Source: Camelus dromedarius (Eukaryota). Taken from it: 64,000 bases of DNA. Below, piece by piece: positions 39,437 to 52,931 of the stretch (positions are counted from its first letter, which is position 1; each line of letters begins with the position of its first letter). The stretch spans positions 54,624,001-54,688,000 of the forward strand of contig NC_087436.1 of the NCBI RefSeq assembly GCF_036321535.1. The letters run 5' to 3'. The notes below the pieces were generated by a model. The model did not search any database and was not told where the DNA came from. It saw only the letters and a list, made by a program, of their open reading frames with translations. Made by a program: the position numbers and the translations under genes.

Positions 39437-40460
39437 GTGGTAGGCAGAATAACAACCCCCCTCCAAAGATGGCTGCTCTCTGATCCCCCACACCTGAGAA
39501 TATGTTCTGGTTCCATAGCAGACGGGACTTTGTAGATATGATTAAGATATTAGTTTTTGAGACAGGGAGATTGGCCTGGATTATCCAGCTGTGCTCAGCC
39601 CAATCCTATGAACCCTTACAAACAGAAAATTCTCTGGCTGTCGTCAGAGAGATGCAACAGAAGGGCAGCGGATAGATGAGGCAGAGAAACATGAAATGTG
39701 AAAAGGGCTTGAGCCCCTTTGAAGATGGAAGGAGCCAAGAAATGAACTCACCTCTAGCGTTTCTGAGTCCAGGATCATACTGCTCGCAGCACAACAGGCC
39801 AATCGATTGAGAAACGAGATATGGGACAAGGAATAGCGACTTCATTCGGAAAGCCAGCAGACCGAGAACATAGCAGACCAACGTCCTAAAGAACCATCTT
39901 CCCCGAGTTAGAATTCAGGCTTCTTTTATACTGAAAGGGGAGGGACTAAAGCCCGGTTCCGGCTTCAACTTATTCCTGTCCGCTATCGCTCACAGGTGGG
40001 CCTAGTCAGGATGTTTCTGGAGAGTAAATCAGAGGTATTTTAGCTCAACCTTCATCACCTGGGAGGCAAGGTTCCCAGGCATGGACTATTATGCAAAATT
40101 TAAGCTTACAGGCAACATTCCTTCAGTGATTAAATTAGAATACCGAGGTTCTTCCCTGTTACATGAGGAGCTCAGCCAACAGTCAGCAAGGAAATGAGGA
40201 CCTTAGTAGCACAAACCCATGGAACTGAGTTCTGCCAGTGCGTAGATTCTAAAAGGATCTGGAAATGGATTCTCCTCTAGAACCTCCAGAAAAAACAGAG
40301 CCCTGATGACACCTTGGCTGTGGCCTTGTGGGACCCAAAGTAAAGTAATCAGCCAAACCTATTGGATTTCTGACCTACAGAACTATGAGACAATACATTT
40401 GTATTGTTTGAATGGCTAAGATTGTGGTGATTTTTTTAAGGTAGTGATAGAAACTATGTA
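39437..40460 (+). mobile_element. MaLR LTR (MLT1D/E-like), split by an ERV1 LTR
   Basis: tgtggtaggcagaataac…gggactttgtagatatgattaag…; resumes at 40164 with cagccaacagtcagcaaggaa…ttctgacctacagaactatgaga. Confidence 0.88.
39758..40163 (-). mobile_element. ERV1 solo LTR (MER41-like artiodactyl family)
   Basis: cgtttc…ctgttaca ends; gagtccagg…tactgctcgcagcacaacaggccaat…ggaaagccagcagaccgagaa…ttcttttatact; retains many CpGs relative to its flanks. Confidence 0.8.
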
Positions 40461-41032
40461 AATAATAAATCAGGGAACACTTTATAAATACATCTAAACT
40501 TTTTCCAAACACTATTCAGAATTTAACATCAACATCATCTTTCCCTTTGGATGGTTTCCTGACATTTAGTAGTCATTGAAATTAAGCAACATAACTCCAA
40601 AGTTTCTGAAGTTCATTTTTCCCTGGGTATGTCTTGACTTTTTTAAAGGGCACCCAAGAAAATCAAGGGACAATAAGAAAAATAAAAGAATACTGTCTTT
40701 TTTCCTCCTTGTGCTTTAGCAAAATCTCAACTCAAATATTACATATTTGATGTTGAATAATAATGACTCAGGAGATGATTTCTCACTTGCAGAATAAAAA
40801 TACTTAAACTTGAGAGAAGGTGAAACTTCTGTCCTCTTGGCATGATGGTACTCTGAGCACTATTCATTTTGGGATTTGCTTGAAGCCTCAAGGTCAAGAT
40901 CACTGAGGTAACTCCAGAAGTCTGGAGTAAGGTGGAAAATGCACACAGATATGGTTCAGATGCAAGTGAATTAAAACAGAGATGTCATTTTCCTTTCTGA
41001 AATACTCCTGCCAATCCAGCTTCTCATCCAGA

Positions 41033-41590
41033 GCATTAGTTTTATATTGCTCCATAAAAAAATATTACCATAAACTTAGTGGTTAACACAACATATTTAT
41101 TACCTCAAGTCTCTATAGGTCAGAAGACCTGGCACAGGACTGTGTCCTCTGCTCAGGATAAATCAGGGCTGCAATCAACGTGCTGTCTGAACTGTGCTTT
41201 CAACTGGCTCAGCTGGGAATATTATCTCCTTTTAAGCAAATCCAGGCAGAATTCCTCGTGGCTGTAAGACAAAAGGCCCTGATTTTTTACCGGCTGTTGG
41301 CTCTCATCTGAGGCTGCCCTCAGGTCCTACCGACCACCTTGCTGTATGGGCTTTCTCAGAATAGCTGTTTACTCCATCAAGCCAGCAAGGAGAAGCTGTG
41401 AAGCAATTTGGCTAGCAAGACTTATACAATGTATATAATCATAGGAGCACCATCCCATCACCTTTTCCATATTCTATTAGTAGAAACAGGTCACAGGTCC
41501 CATCCACAGTCAAGGGGAGGGGATTATGCAAGGACATGAATGCCAGACAGCAGAGACCACTGGGGTCACCTTGGGTCTGTCTGTCACACT
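41033..41590 (-). mobile_element. MaLR LTR (MLT1G/H-like)
   Basis: attaccataaacttagtggttaacacaac…catcaagccagcaagg…cccatccacagtcaaggggaggggattatgcaagg. Confidence 0.85.
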
Positions 41591-41699
41591 CAGTTACAAA
41601 TTTCATGATTTTATATTGTTTTTCCACACTCAGAAAATTAAAAAATAATCAGATTTGGGTTGATTAAAGATAAAATAAATTCCTATACTCATTTAAAGG

Positions 41700-41920
41700 C
41701 AAACATGGTAAGCATTGCTTAAAAGCGCTGACTTTGGAGTATTTACAAGAACCTGGAATCAAATACCAGTTCTAATGTGTGATTTGGAACTAGTTGCTTA
41801 ATTGCTGTAAACCTCCACTTACTCCTATAGAAAAATGCAGATAAAATTACTTACCTAATAGTTTTTCTGTGAGAATTAAATAACAGAATACATGTAATAT
41901 ATTTAGTACAGTGAGAAAAC
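41700..41920 (+). mobile_element. MIR SINE
   Basis: gactttggag…tgtgtgatttggaactagttgcttaa…gtgagaattaaataa. Confidence 0.65.
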
Positions 41921-42984
41921 ACATCATTTATTTTATACATTTTTCATTTTTATTTAAAAAAAATCCTTCTGATCCTCAGGCAAGAGTCAAAGTTAGTATC
42001 TGGACAAAAATAGTGTCTGTTTTACATGGTATCTGCAGCATAAACCAGTCTGTCAAATAGACACAAAATATGCCTTGTAAAGAGATTTTACTGAATACAC
42101 ATTTCATTTAAAATTATTCTTTATTAACCCATGACACCAGATTTTAAAAATTTCAATTTCACAGATTTCTATTATAAGAAATATCAAACATAAAGCTTAC
42201 ATTTTAAATAATTCCTTCTTTAAAACTGGATTGAACTAGATTGCCATTTATTTATTTAGAAGACATTATAAAATGATTGAACTCTTCAACAATTTTTTTC
42301 TTTTTGCTTCTTCATTGATCTCCATTTAAGGAGTGACTCTGCATGAAGTATGAATCCGCGGGAGCACTTCAATATTACAAATCAAGTGGAGGTGGAAGAG
42401 GCAATTTTTCTAACCACCATTGTTTTGTTATGCCATGTGGGCCCCATTCAGTTTCACATAAATTGTTGGACTATAAAACATGGTTCATGGTATGAGTTCA
42501 TGTACCAGCTGAATTTATTTTTGTCAATTAACAGCTGCATAAGCTGCTGAGATCCCTTGGCTAATATACTGCATTTCGTTCATATTATAGCATCCAATAC
42601 AGATCACACCAGGCTGTGGCTGTCTTGCAGAGAACAATTTTATTGTAAACATTGTTGTGATCTGGAAATATTTCCTTTCAGCTTTTTATTTCTGTACTTC
42701 ACTAATCGTAGACATATAGATAACTAGATAGGTAGGTAGGCAGATAGATAAATACATACTTCTTGTGGGTGAGCCATACTAGATAATTTTGATGAATGAG
42801 CCATATTAAAAGTTCTGTACTAAGAAATTTTTTAAATAGAATTTTTACAAATCAGAGAAAGTATATATTTGAATCAGGGAGGAAAGTTAATTTCTGATTT
42901 GATGGGTTTGGTCTATTCTTGTCCATGTTTTTACTTTTTTCTTTGTATTGTTTTATCCTTCATCACTATTATTAAAATGAGCAC

Positions 42985-43170
42985 GAAATTCAGGAAAGAG
43001 ATTCAGACTTTAAAGACCTGGGACCCTGTCTCAAAACTTAATAATTAGTTAATCATTTTGGCAAATCATGGAATTCTTTTTAGCCTTGGCTTCCTTTTCT
43101 GTAAAATGAGATTGTTAAACGTCTGCCCTACCTACCTAACAGTTGTTAGAGTGATTTTTTTAAAAACCTA
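42985..43170 (+). mobile_element. MIR SINE
   Basis: agacctggg…ttggcaaatca…agccttggcttccttttctgtaaaatgag. Confidence 0.6.
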
Positions 43171-45257
43171 AATAATGCATTTGGTGTGTCTCATAGTTTC
43201 TATGTAAGTCTTAAGGTTTTAGGGTATGGATATGTAACCCTGGCACTCTTGGGCTAAGTCTGAACCAGCTACCCAAACACAAAATTTCCTTGATTTCCCA
43301 GTTTTTAAATAAAAAATACATATGACTTTTTAGTTCTATTCTTTAATATATTGCATTAGGTGTAATAAAATTTTGTTTTATACTCACCTTTGAGTAAAAT
43401 TAGTGCCATGCAAAGATGTGCTTTGGCTTTAACAATTTCCTGGCATATGGCTGCTTTGTAAAACAACTGTTTTGTAAGTTATAAACATTTTACAATCTGA
43501 ATTATTTTTACAGATAAAGGAAAAAAAAACTTTCTCTGTGAAATAAGCTAATAATCATTTTTATTTCTATAATTAAAGAATATGCTTGAATGAGATTAAG
43601 GAAGACCAAAAATATGTAATAGAAGGATAAATATAAATATTCTGTAATGGTTACTCAAAGTACAAAGTGGTTATTAGCAACAGGCAGAAGAATAAAACAA
43701 TATATTTTATATATATCTTAAAATTATATATAAGAACTGAATGAAAATATATTTTTAGTAACGTAATATTAAATGCTTCATACATCTCATCATGAAACAT
43801 AGCCTTAGACACCTTACAAAATGTAGGGAGCCTTTTACTCATCATGGCAAAGTAATTGAAGGGGGAAATTCAGTGGCAATTTAAATGATCCAGTCTTATC
43901 AACAGTTATCAAGCCATTGCTAAGACCAATGGATATCTTAACCACTTTAATTTGACACTCAAGATGAAGAATTGACTCAGGGTGCAACATGATTTGCTTT
44001 TGTGTGGGAGCTCATCAGATCGTTCATGACTCATTCTGGCTATTTTACAGAGCTGTGTGGCAGATGCTGGGACTCCATTGCTTTCCAAATGTGCACATTT
44101 ATCCAGACGCCTTCCTCATCCAAGAAAATCTTAGGTTAGTGAACATTTAAATGTCACCATTTGACTGATGTCCATAGAGCTTCTTTGCATTTCAAAACGA
44201 TTGAAGAAATCATACAAGGCCATCTGGAGTATATAGGAGGTCATGTATCTTTAAGTTCTTACTCCAGATTTACCATGGCTGTATCACTAGGACTATTCTT
44301 ATAAAAATGGGTTTCCAAGGAAGCTGAATCATTTGATATATGATACAATAAATAGAGGAGAGAACATAAATATGAAATGGAGCAAATTTACAAGGCGACT
44401 ATACTCTTTCAATTTTTATGCTTCTACATTATATTATCACAATTCCATTCAGCTGTCCATTCTTTTAAAGTTGGTTAAACTGCTCCATTTAAGAATTTAT
44501 GTACTAGATTCCCTACAAATATGGAACATAATTATCTGTGAATTATATTCTGAATATGGCACTTCTGAATCATTGTCACTTGAGCCTGAGATAGAAAAAA
44601 GAGATCATATTTATGTTTGCTTGAGCTTACTGCATCTAACAGTTGATTTTTATAAAACATATTAAAAAAAAAAGAACCTATCATTCTTATTGAAATATAA
44701 AACTAAGTGTAACTTCTAAATCAAATTTTCTTACTATGCTTCCATCTTCAGCCAATTACTGAAAATGTTAGATCCCTCAACACTGAATATACTATATCTT
44801 TTCCAAATTGTTTCCAGCTCAAAGTCCTGCAAATGTAGATGTTGCCAATAATTGTGTTTATACTCTTCAGAAATTTACTCTTGATTGTGTAAATTCAAAG
44901 ACATTGAAAAATGTCCCCCCGTGTCCAGATATTGTTGAAGAGCCCCATGTCTAACTCGGTATCATCTGGGAGCAGGAGCTGGGAGAACAACTTGGTTGTG
45001 GCAAGACTGTCAGAAACTGACCAATCCAAAGCAATTCGATCTCAGAAGATATGAGCCAATTTTCACAGTGAGGCTGGTTGGTAGAGAATGTGAAATAACC
45101 CAAACTGGCCATTATTGATTTATTTTCACCATCTATTAATCCATTTGATGGGAAATATAACTTAGCTGTATTCCCCAATTCTTAAACAAGCATGTTCCTT
45201 CAGTCCCTCTTTTGACTCTACTCAGGTTTCTACCCAAGTTACCACCATCATCCCATG

Positions 45258-46360
45258 GGTCATTCATTAATTAATTTAAGAAATATTTGTTGTGTATCAG
45301 CTATTGCCAAGCATCTCTGTTAGGCACTGGAGATGTGGCAATGAACAAGACAGACAAAAATATCTGCCTTCATGAGGGCAGAGGATATTGGGGAGGCAGA
45401 GGATTTTGGGGAAGGAAGGGTATAAGATATTAAAATAATTAAATAAAAATGCTAGTGAGAAAAACAAAGCAAGGAGAGGGGTAAGGAAAAATCAATGCGA
45501 GAGGTGGGGGTTGCAATTTTGGCCAGGGTGGCCAGAGAAGTTCTCCTTGAGAAGGGGGCACTTGAGGGGAGATCAAAAGGGAGATTGGGGGTGAGCCCTG
45601 TAGCTATTAAAAGAAAGAAGCCAGGCACAGTGCCAATGCCCTGAAGTGAGCACTTGTTGTTTAAGGAATAACAAGTAGAACAGTGTGACAGAGTAGAGTG
45701 AACCAGCATGAGGTGAACAGGAGAGGAAGTCAAAGAGGCGATGGGAGAGAGGCAAATCCCAGGGAGCCTTCGAGGGCCTTGTGAGGATTCGGCTTTTACT
45801 CTGAGTGAGAGGGGAAACCAGTGGAGGGTTTTGAACAGTGATGAGGCATTGTCTTAGATTTTGACACCATCACTCTGGTATCTGTTTGGAGAAGAGAATG
45901 AGAAGAGTCTAAGGACAGAAACAGAGAGATCATGACTCAGGTAAGAGATGGGTGGTAGTAGTGGAGGTAGAGAGAATTGTCCAGATTCTGGAAATATTGT
46001 GAAGGTAGAGCCAACAGGATTTGCTGACAGATCAGACAGGAGTGTGAATGAATAAAAAAAGAAGATAAGGGAGACCATCAAGATTTTGACCTAAGTCTCT
46101 GAGAACACAGAACTAAAAGCTGTGAAAAGAACAGTTCTGGGGGGAATCTCTCAGGATGCCAGTTTTGAACATGTTAGGTTTGAGGTGCCAATTAGATATC
46201 CAAGTGAAGAGAATAAAGAGCTAGTTGGATGGATGTCTGAAATTCCAGGGGGTGATCTAAACCAGATATATAAGATCTGGAGACATGAACCTAAAGATGG
46301 AATTTAATCCACTGAACTGGATGAAATCACCTAAGGAGTGAGTATAGACTGTACAAGAAG
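45258..46360 (-). mobile_element. L2a-like LINE, ~1.1 kb 3' part
   Basis: cattcattaatt…aaatatttgttg…taggcactggagat…atgaacaagacagacaaaaa…ggcttttactctgagtgaga…gaaggtagagccaacaggatttgctga…tttgaggtgcc. Confidence 0.9.
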
Positions 46361-46879
46361 TAGAAGATACTAAACTCTAAGGTTGATTTTGGTTTGTTGA
46401 CTTTTTGTTTCTTAAATTCTTTGTGTCTTTTGGTTTGATTCTCTCTTGATGGGGAAGGTTTAGCGTAAGGATGATTTTTATTACTTACTTTTAGGCTGGC
46501 TTACTTCTAAAATATCATTTGGAACTTAATTGTAGCTAATTTTTTTTTGATATTTTACTGTGAATGTTACATGTATTTTTAATACCCAACATATGCAAAA
46601 AGATAGTACACTACATTTTTTAAATTCCCATAATACATATAATTATCTTGTCATTTTTTGTTATTTCAAGAAGTAACACAGGAGAGATTACTAATTCAAA
46701 GCCTGGCACTTTGTGCCCTCAGCATCTAAAACACTGTCTCATACACAGAATGTGCTCAGAATATGTTGACTGAATGATAGTTATGCAGGTTAACTTATTA
46801 GGCATATAAGAAATATGAAAAAGAAATTTTACTAATAGAATTGAAGTAGTGTTGTAATTACTCCTTAATAATAAGATTT

Positions 46880-47300
46880 TTAGTTATTTTTAATTTCAAA
46901 AGTTATATAATTATAGAAATATAGGTAATATAGAAATGTAAAAGTAAAGAAAAAATAACCCAGTTTAACGAACACTAAAAAACCATTAACATTCAACTGC
47001 ATTAACTTTCTAATCATTTCCTATCTATACTTTAAAGTTAGCTAAGATTGTTTTATATACACTTATATTCGTTTAATCTTGCCTTCTTCAGCAACATCAT
47101 AACAAAACATTTTCTAGCTATTTTGGTTTAAAATTATACCAGATTTAACTAAACTATTATTCTCTTTTTAGGATATTTTGGATATTTCCAATTTCTCAAT
47201 ATCAAGAAACAATGCTCAATGAATATCTTTGCACATAAATTTATTTTCTGAATTAAACATTATTTTCTTAGGTGATATTCTAGACTTAGAATGTAATAAA
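46880..47300 (-). mobile_element. Old L1ME-like fragment
   Basis: taccagatttaactaaac…ggatatttccaatttctc…aatgctcaatgaatatctttgcacataaat. Confidence 0.55.
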
Positions 47301-50300
47301 ACTTAAAAGGTATTTTAAAATGTTTCAGAACCTCAATATTAGAGTATGTACATTATACCTTTATTCAAATAGTAACTGCCAAATAGTATAACTTCAGAGG
47401 TAGAAGATATGATTTTACAAGCACAAAATCATCACAACTTTGTAATGTTTCTTAAGAATAAAGTCTAATATTCTGACTGTACCTTCAACATATATACCTT
47501 TAAGACATATGTTGAATATATCTATGCCTATGTCTATATCTATATATGTTTATACATTGATTTATATATTTAAGGTAACACAAATATATTAATGCTTTCA
47601 AGAGAAAATTATTATTAAAATATTGTAATAAAAGGTTTGCATTTGGAAATGTCAATGTAGCATCCAACATGTTGAAGTAATCACACAATCTATTCATTGC
47701 TGGCCAGAAATCAAAGATAAGTAAAACAGAACTGCCCTTAAAAAATTTAAAATTTAGAGAGGGAGAAATACAGATAGACTGAGTACTACATTACAGCCCA
47801 TAAACCCTGGGGCACTGGGGTTATGCTTCTGCACAGGCACATTTAGAGAAGCACTGGACAACAACTCATGTAGGTAAAAAGAACTTCATTCTTTACTCAT
47901 GTGTCCTGAAGAGCCCAGGGCGACACATCTCAAATAGCCCATTCATTCTCCACGAGTCGTTTGGAGTCTCTCACACCTCACCCACCATTCTTTCCATCCC
48001 AAGTTTTCTTTTTCTCAATTTCTCCCTTCACTCCCAGCTTTTTATTGCATTGATAGATTTAGCCCCTGAAATCAAATCCTTCACTCTTGCCTCCACCCTC
48101 TCCCAATATCCCATTTCTTTATTTATAAAATATACAATAAGTTCTATCATTGCCTTAGAAAGGAAAGGATTAAGGTAAGCCAGAAGGCAGAAACATTCCT
48201 ATGCTAATGAACCTCGTCCCTATCACGGCTTTCCTCCGTCTTTGTACATAAAGAGATGCCAGACATTTACTTGTGCCACTAAAATGCATAAATCCCTTTC
48301 CTCTGGAGTAAATGTGTTATCATGTGGTTACTTCTGGAGCTGCTGCCAAGCTATGCCTATTTATGGCAGTCAAAATCCCTTTTCTGGGACTTTGGCAGGG
48401 GGTGGGGAGTGGGAGGGTAGAGAGTGTTTGAGTATCAGAATTTGAGTATTTGAGGTCCCAGAAGGGAGCCCTATCTCCATAGGCCCTTCTTAGTGAAAAC
48501 CAAACGTATACAATTTTCGTTGGGGTGGATTTGGGATTTGCCCAGCGCTGAGAGAAGACCTGTTTTCTAAAACAAAGGGTGTCATGGGAAGCAAATGAGC
48601 AGGCGAAGTTGTCAATGGCTTTCTCAGAGACTTTTCTATTGGAATTACTTTTCTTCCTTTTTACCCATGGGCACCTCGCTTAACCCGAGTGCAACCTTAC
48701 GTGCCAGATCTGAACTACCCAAGCATCCTATGTTAGTAGTTTCCTTCCACAGTGACTAGAATTCAGATAAACCATTGGTGTGACAAAACTGGACATAAAA
48801 TTGCAAACCTGGATTCCTGTTTTTTGTGCTTCTGCTATTGTAAGAGTTGAGCTACTATGACCATATACACTGGTTGAATTCTAGGTGCTTAGACCTTGTT
48901 CATATTAAAAGAACTACAGGAGAATTTTAAAAGTAGATTTAAAAGGGTACTGAAGAGAGGCACAAGGGTGTGAAACACTGTAGAATAATCTGTGAGAAGT
49001 GATAATTCAATAATAATAATAAAAAAATAAATTGGTAGGTAAATGGTAAATTTAATAGGTTTTGACCATATGAGGAGATATTAAGTGGCTTGCCATAGAA
49101 TTCAACAAATATTACTTTAGTGAAAAAATGAATCTCCCATCAGAGCTTTGAAAAAAAAAATCTCTTCTTTTGGAAGTTTGCATGAATAGAATAAACAAAT
49201 CTTCTGTGAAGAATTTGATATAGTTTTTCTGAGAGGACAAAAAATAAAGATACATCCTAAAGCCTCATTTAGCCTCATGATTTTATGCATAATTTCATCT
49301 TTATTTATTAGCATGTCTGACTAACTTTCTTGGAGCAGATGTTGATTTGTCAAGATTTTTGTAAAGTCTCAAAATAATTTGCAAATTTGATTTTCATCTG
49401 CATTTGTTATCAACTACGAGTTTTCCATATTTGTTTTTAAGGCACAATTTTCTGACAAATAGGTTGTCACAAAAGAAATGATAGTTATGAGTGCAGAGAA
49501 TAACATTTGTTTATCTTTCTGTATCATTCCTCTAGGAATTCATAAGATTTTTATATGTTAATTATCTCAGAACCCCACCCAACCACACTGACAGCAAAGA
49601 AAATATTGCAAACTCTCTTAATTGAAGACCATCCAAACTATTATGAATCAATTACTCCAGCACCAAGATTTGACACCCAGTGGGTGTTCAATAAACATTT
49701 GTTGAATTTAAATAAATTGACTCAACAAACTTGAATTGAGCCTCCTGTGGTTGTTCATTTCTCTTCACAATCTGCATTTTATAAAGAAAGCAACAAATTC
49801 ACTAAGAAAAGTCATTGTACTGAATTCACAAATTCTAGCTCAGCCAGTCATGATTAGGTAAGATGGTTTTTCTTGTATATTGAAGTTATACATAACATCC
49901 CTTAGAAAGGGATTTTGATATATGTACAGTATCTCACCTGGGACTCACCAAATACTATGATAGTTTCATCCTTTCCCTGTTTCTCTCCACTCTCTGTGTA
50001 TGAGTAATGGGAATGCTATCATTGTAACTTTTTAAATAATATTCAAATAAAATCTGGTAGTCAAAAGTTTGTCAGTTGGAAATAAAGGTCAACAGAAAAT
50101 TTTAAAAAAATACTGTTAAATAAGCTCAGCGGACTATCAATCCTTGAATAAATTTTTTTTTTTTTGAGTTGCTTCCTGTATCTTAGTGATTGGGAGGAAA
50201 ATAATGCAAATACCATTTCTTTCTTTCATGACCAGGTTCTCTTAATCATTAGCATCACTCTTGTTTTAGATACCAACTGATGCATCTAGGCATCATTTAC

Positions 50301-50749
50301 ACTCAGGCTTCAACTCCATGTCTGTACCTGGCACACAGTACATATTCCATAAACATTTCTTGGATCAATAAATGGAAGCGTGACCTAGCATTGATTTCTA
50401 TGCTTTTAAGTAAAAGAGAGTTAGGAAACCTTAGCAAAATTATCAAGGTAAACTTTTATTCTTTGCAACCTGACCAGTGTGTTTTCCAACATTTTTAAAA
50501 CACGAGAAATGCTCAGATGTTTCTCACAAGGGGAAAGGTTGAGCTAGGAGAGAAGGTCAGATTTTTTAAAAATTTCCTCCATCTTTGTAATTAGCTTACC
50601 TTACTAAGGACAGGGCAAATAGACCTCAAGAAATTACTAAGAAATAGCAGTTCAATAGGTTTAATTTAACTGCTATTGTCATAGAATTATATAATCTATG
50701 TAAACAGGTATTTACATGTACTGCTTTACATAGCAAAGCGTGTTGTTAT

Positions 50750-51400
50750 TGTAATATATAGTATGTATCATATATGTCATTACTGTAATATATAGTACAC
50801 AGTTCAAAAAGTATATAAACAAAATACATTGATTATTGAACAATTAGAAAAAGTAGTAAAATACAACTCAAATCTCACTATCTAGAAATAACTGACAAGA
50901 TTTTTCATATATATTCTAAACTTTAAAAAAGTATGTATCTTAAACCTTTTAAAAATGGGACTATTCTATGTGAATTGTTTTAATCTTTTTTTCATTGAAC
51001 AATACAGCACAAACATCTTTCCATGTAATTAAATCAATCCACCATCTATTTTTATTGGGTGTGTTATAGTCCATTACGTACATGTACAATGGGTTATATC
51101 CCTGAATTTTATAGTCTTAGAATTATTTTTTGCTGCTATAAGGAATTTTTTTAGCAAACAACCTTGCAAATACACTTTTCATTCTTTTCTTATTTCCTTA
51201 TTATGGATTCTACAAATGGGATTACTTCCCGTATTGATTCATATTGCCAACTTGCCTTCTAGTATGGCAGGATGATTCAGTTTGGACTTCTACATGTAAT
51301 ATGGTGTGTTCATTTCTCAAAATCATGCAAACATTGAATAGCATCACTTAATTCTTTGGCTAAATAATGAATGAAAAATATCTCATTATTAGCCACCAAT
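50750..51400 (-). mobile_element. Old L1ME-like fragment
   Basis: aaaatgggactattctatg…acatctttccatg…atagtccatt…atattgccaacttgccttc. Confidence 0.55.
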
Positions 51401-52931
51401 GCATTCCTTTAAAAAAAAAGCACAGAACACTCTGAGGTAAGAACTAATACTACCTTTCTTTTATAAATAAAGAAATGCCATAAGTATCTTGGTTTAGGTC
51501 ACAAAGCTAGAGCCTACATCTTTCTCACTTATGAGCTAGTGATCTCAACAATATATCATTCAACCTTTCATACTGAAAAGGAAAATTTCAAAACTTCATG
51601 TCCTGGCAACTGGTATTTTATAAAATGTATTCCATACTTTTTATTTTTTTTTACTCACTATATTTTCCTTTGGACCATCATTTTTTTCGTTACTAATTTT
51701 TAAGAAGTCTTTAAATGTAAAGCAACAACTCTGTTATACTACATTTTGATTTGCATTTGGATCTCATTCAAATTTGTGCAATAACTTAGTATAACCATAG
51801 AATTCTGCAAAGTTTCTCTAAGTTGAAAATTAATAGTTTAGACTGCTCAGAATCTGTGATTTCCTAATAAGTAAAATGCTGCTTGAGCTGACATGGTTTA
51901 CCATATCAATTCCTTCTAAAGGATCTCTTCTATCTAGGTCCAGTTTCTCAGGATATTCCAAATTACAATCCATACATTAAACAATTTGCTTAATTTCTCT
52001 TCCACAATTTTCATTCTATGAAAAACAGCATTTCTTACTGGCCTCCTGTGTCTTTCCAGATAAAATGTATGTTATCCTTTGTTTAAAGCCTTTTAACACA
52101 CACACACATTGGGTAAGAGTAACATTTTACTTTGAAAAATTCAAGACATTCATTTTTATATCCAGGAAAAATGATCTTTAAACACTCCTGCATAAGACTG
52201 AAAAACAGGTAATTGATACATATTTTGAACAAGTAAAGAGATCTGCATCATCACTAGATTAAAACTGATTAGAACTTGCTTTGATGAAATGGTCCAAATG
52301 AAGGGAAAAATGAAGGCTCTTAAGGGTCTTGAAAGCAATTTCTAAGTAGAATTAAGTTTTCCTTTATTGAGTACCACCTTAAATTTATTGGAAAGCTTTC
52401 TGAAGTTGTTCAGCAGGAGTTCTATAAAATGTTATATTTAACCCCACTTACCTTCTTTTCTTTCATCTAAAAACAGCTTGAGGACACTTGCCCAGTTGGT
52501 TGTCATCTTGAGAGGGCCTTTTAGTAAACATGCTCTGAGCGGGAACTCTCTGGCTCTGTAAGAGACAGCTGGCTCTTATTAACAAACTTTGCATTACAAA
52601 TAGAGGCAGGCACATCACACGTGGGGGCTTATGCATCTATTTTCCTGCATTCCAGGCAGGTGTTTTTCCCACAGAGGCCTACTCTCAGGCACTTTTATTT
52701 TAACTATAGATGAATTGTAGGGAACAAGTACTTTCCTTTTGAGAGCAATGAGTAGCCTAGAAGCATAGTTACCCAACTTCAACCACAAATGTAGAAACAG
52801 CAGTCTCCCAGAGCAGAAGTAAACACAGGATCAAATATCCTTGGGAAAGAAAGAACAAATTGCTAATAAACGCTATGAAAAGATTCATAATATCACTAAT
52901 AGTAAAAGAAACACAATTTCATGGGGATTTT

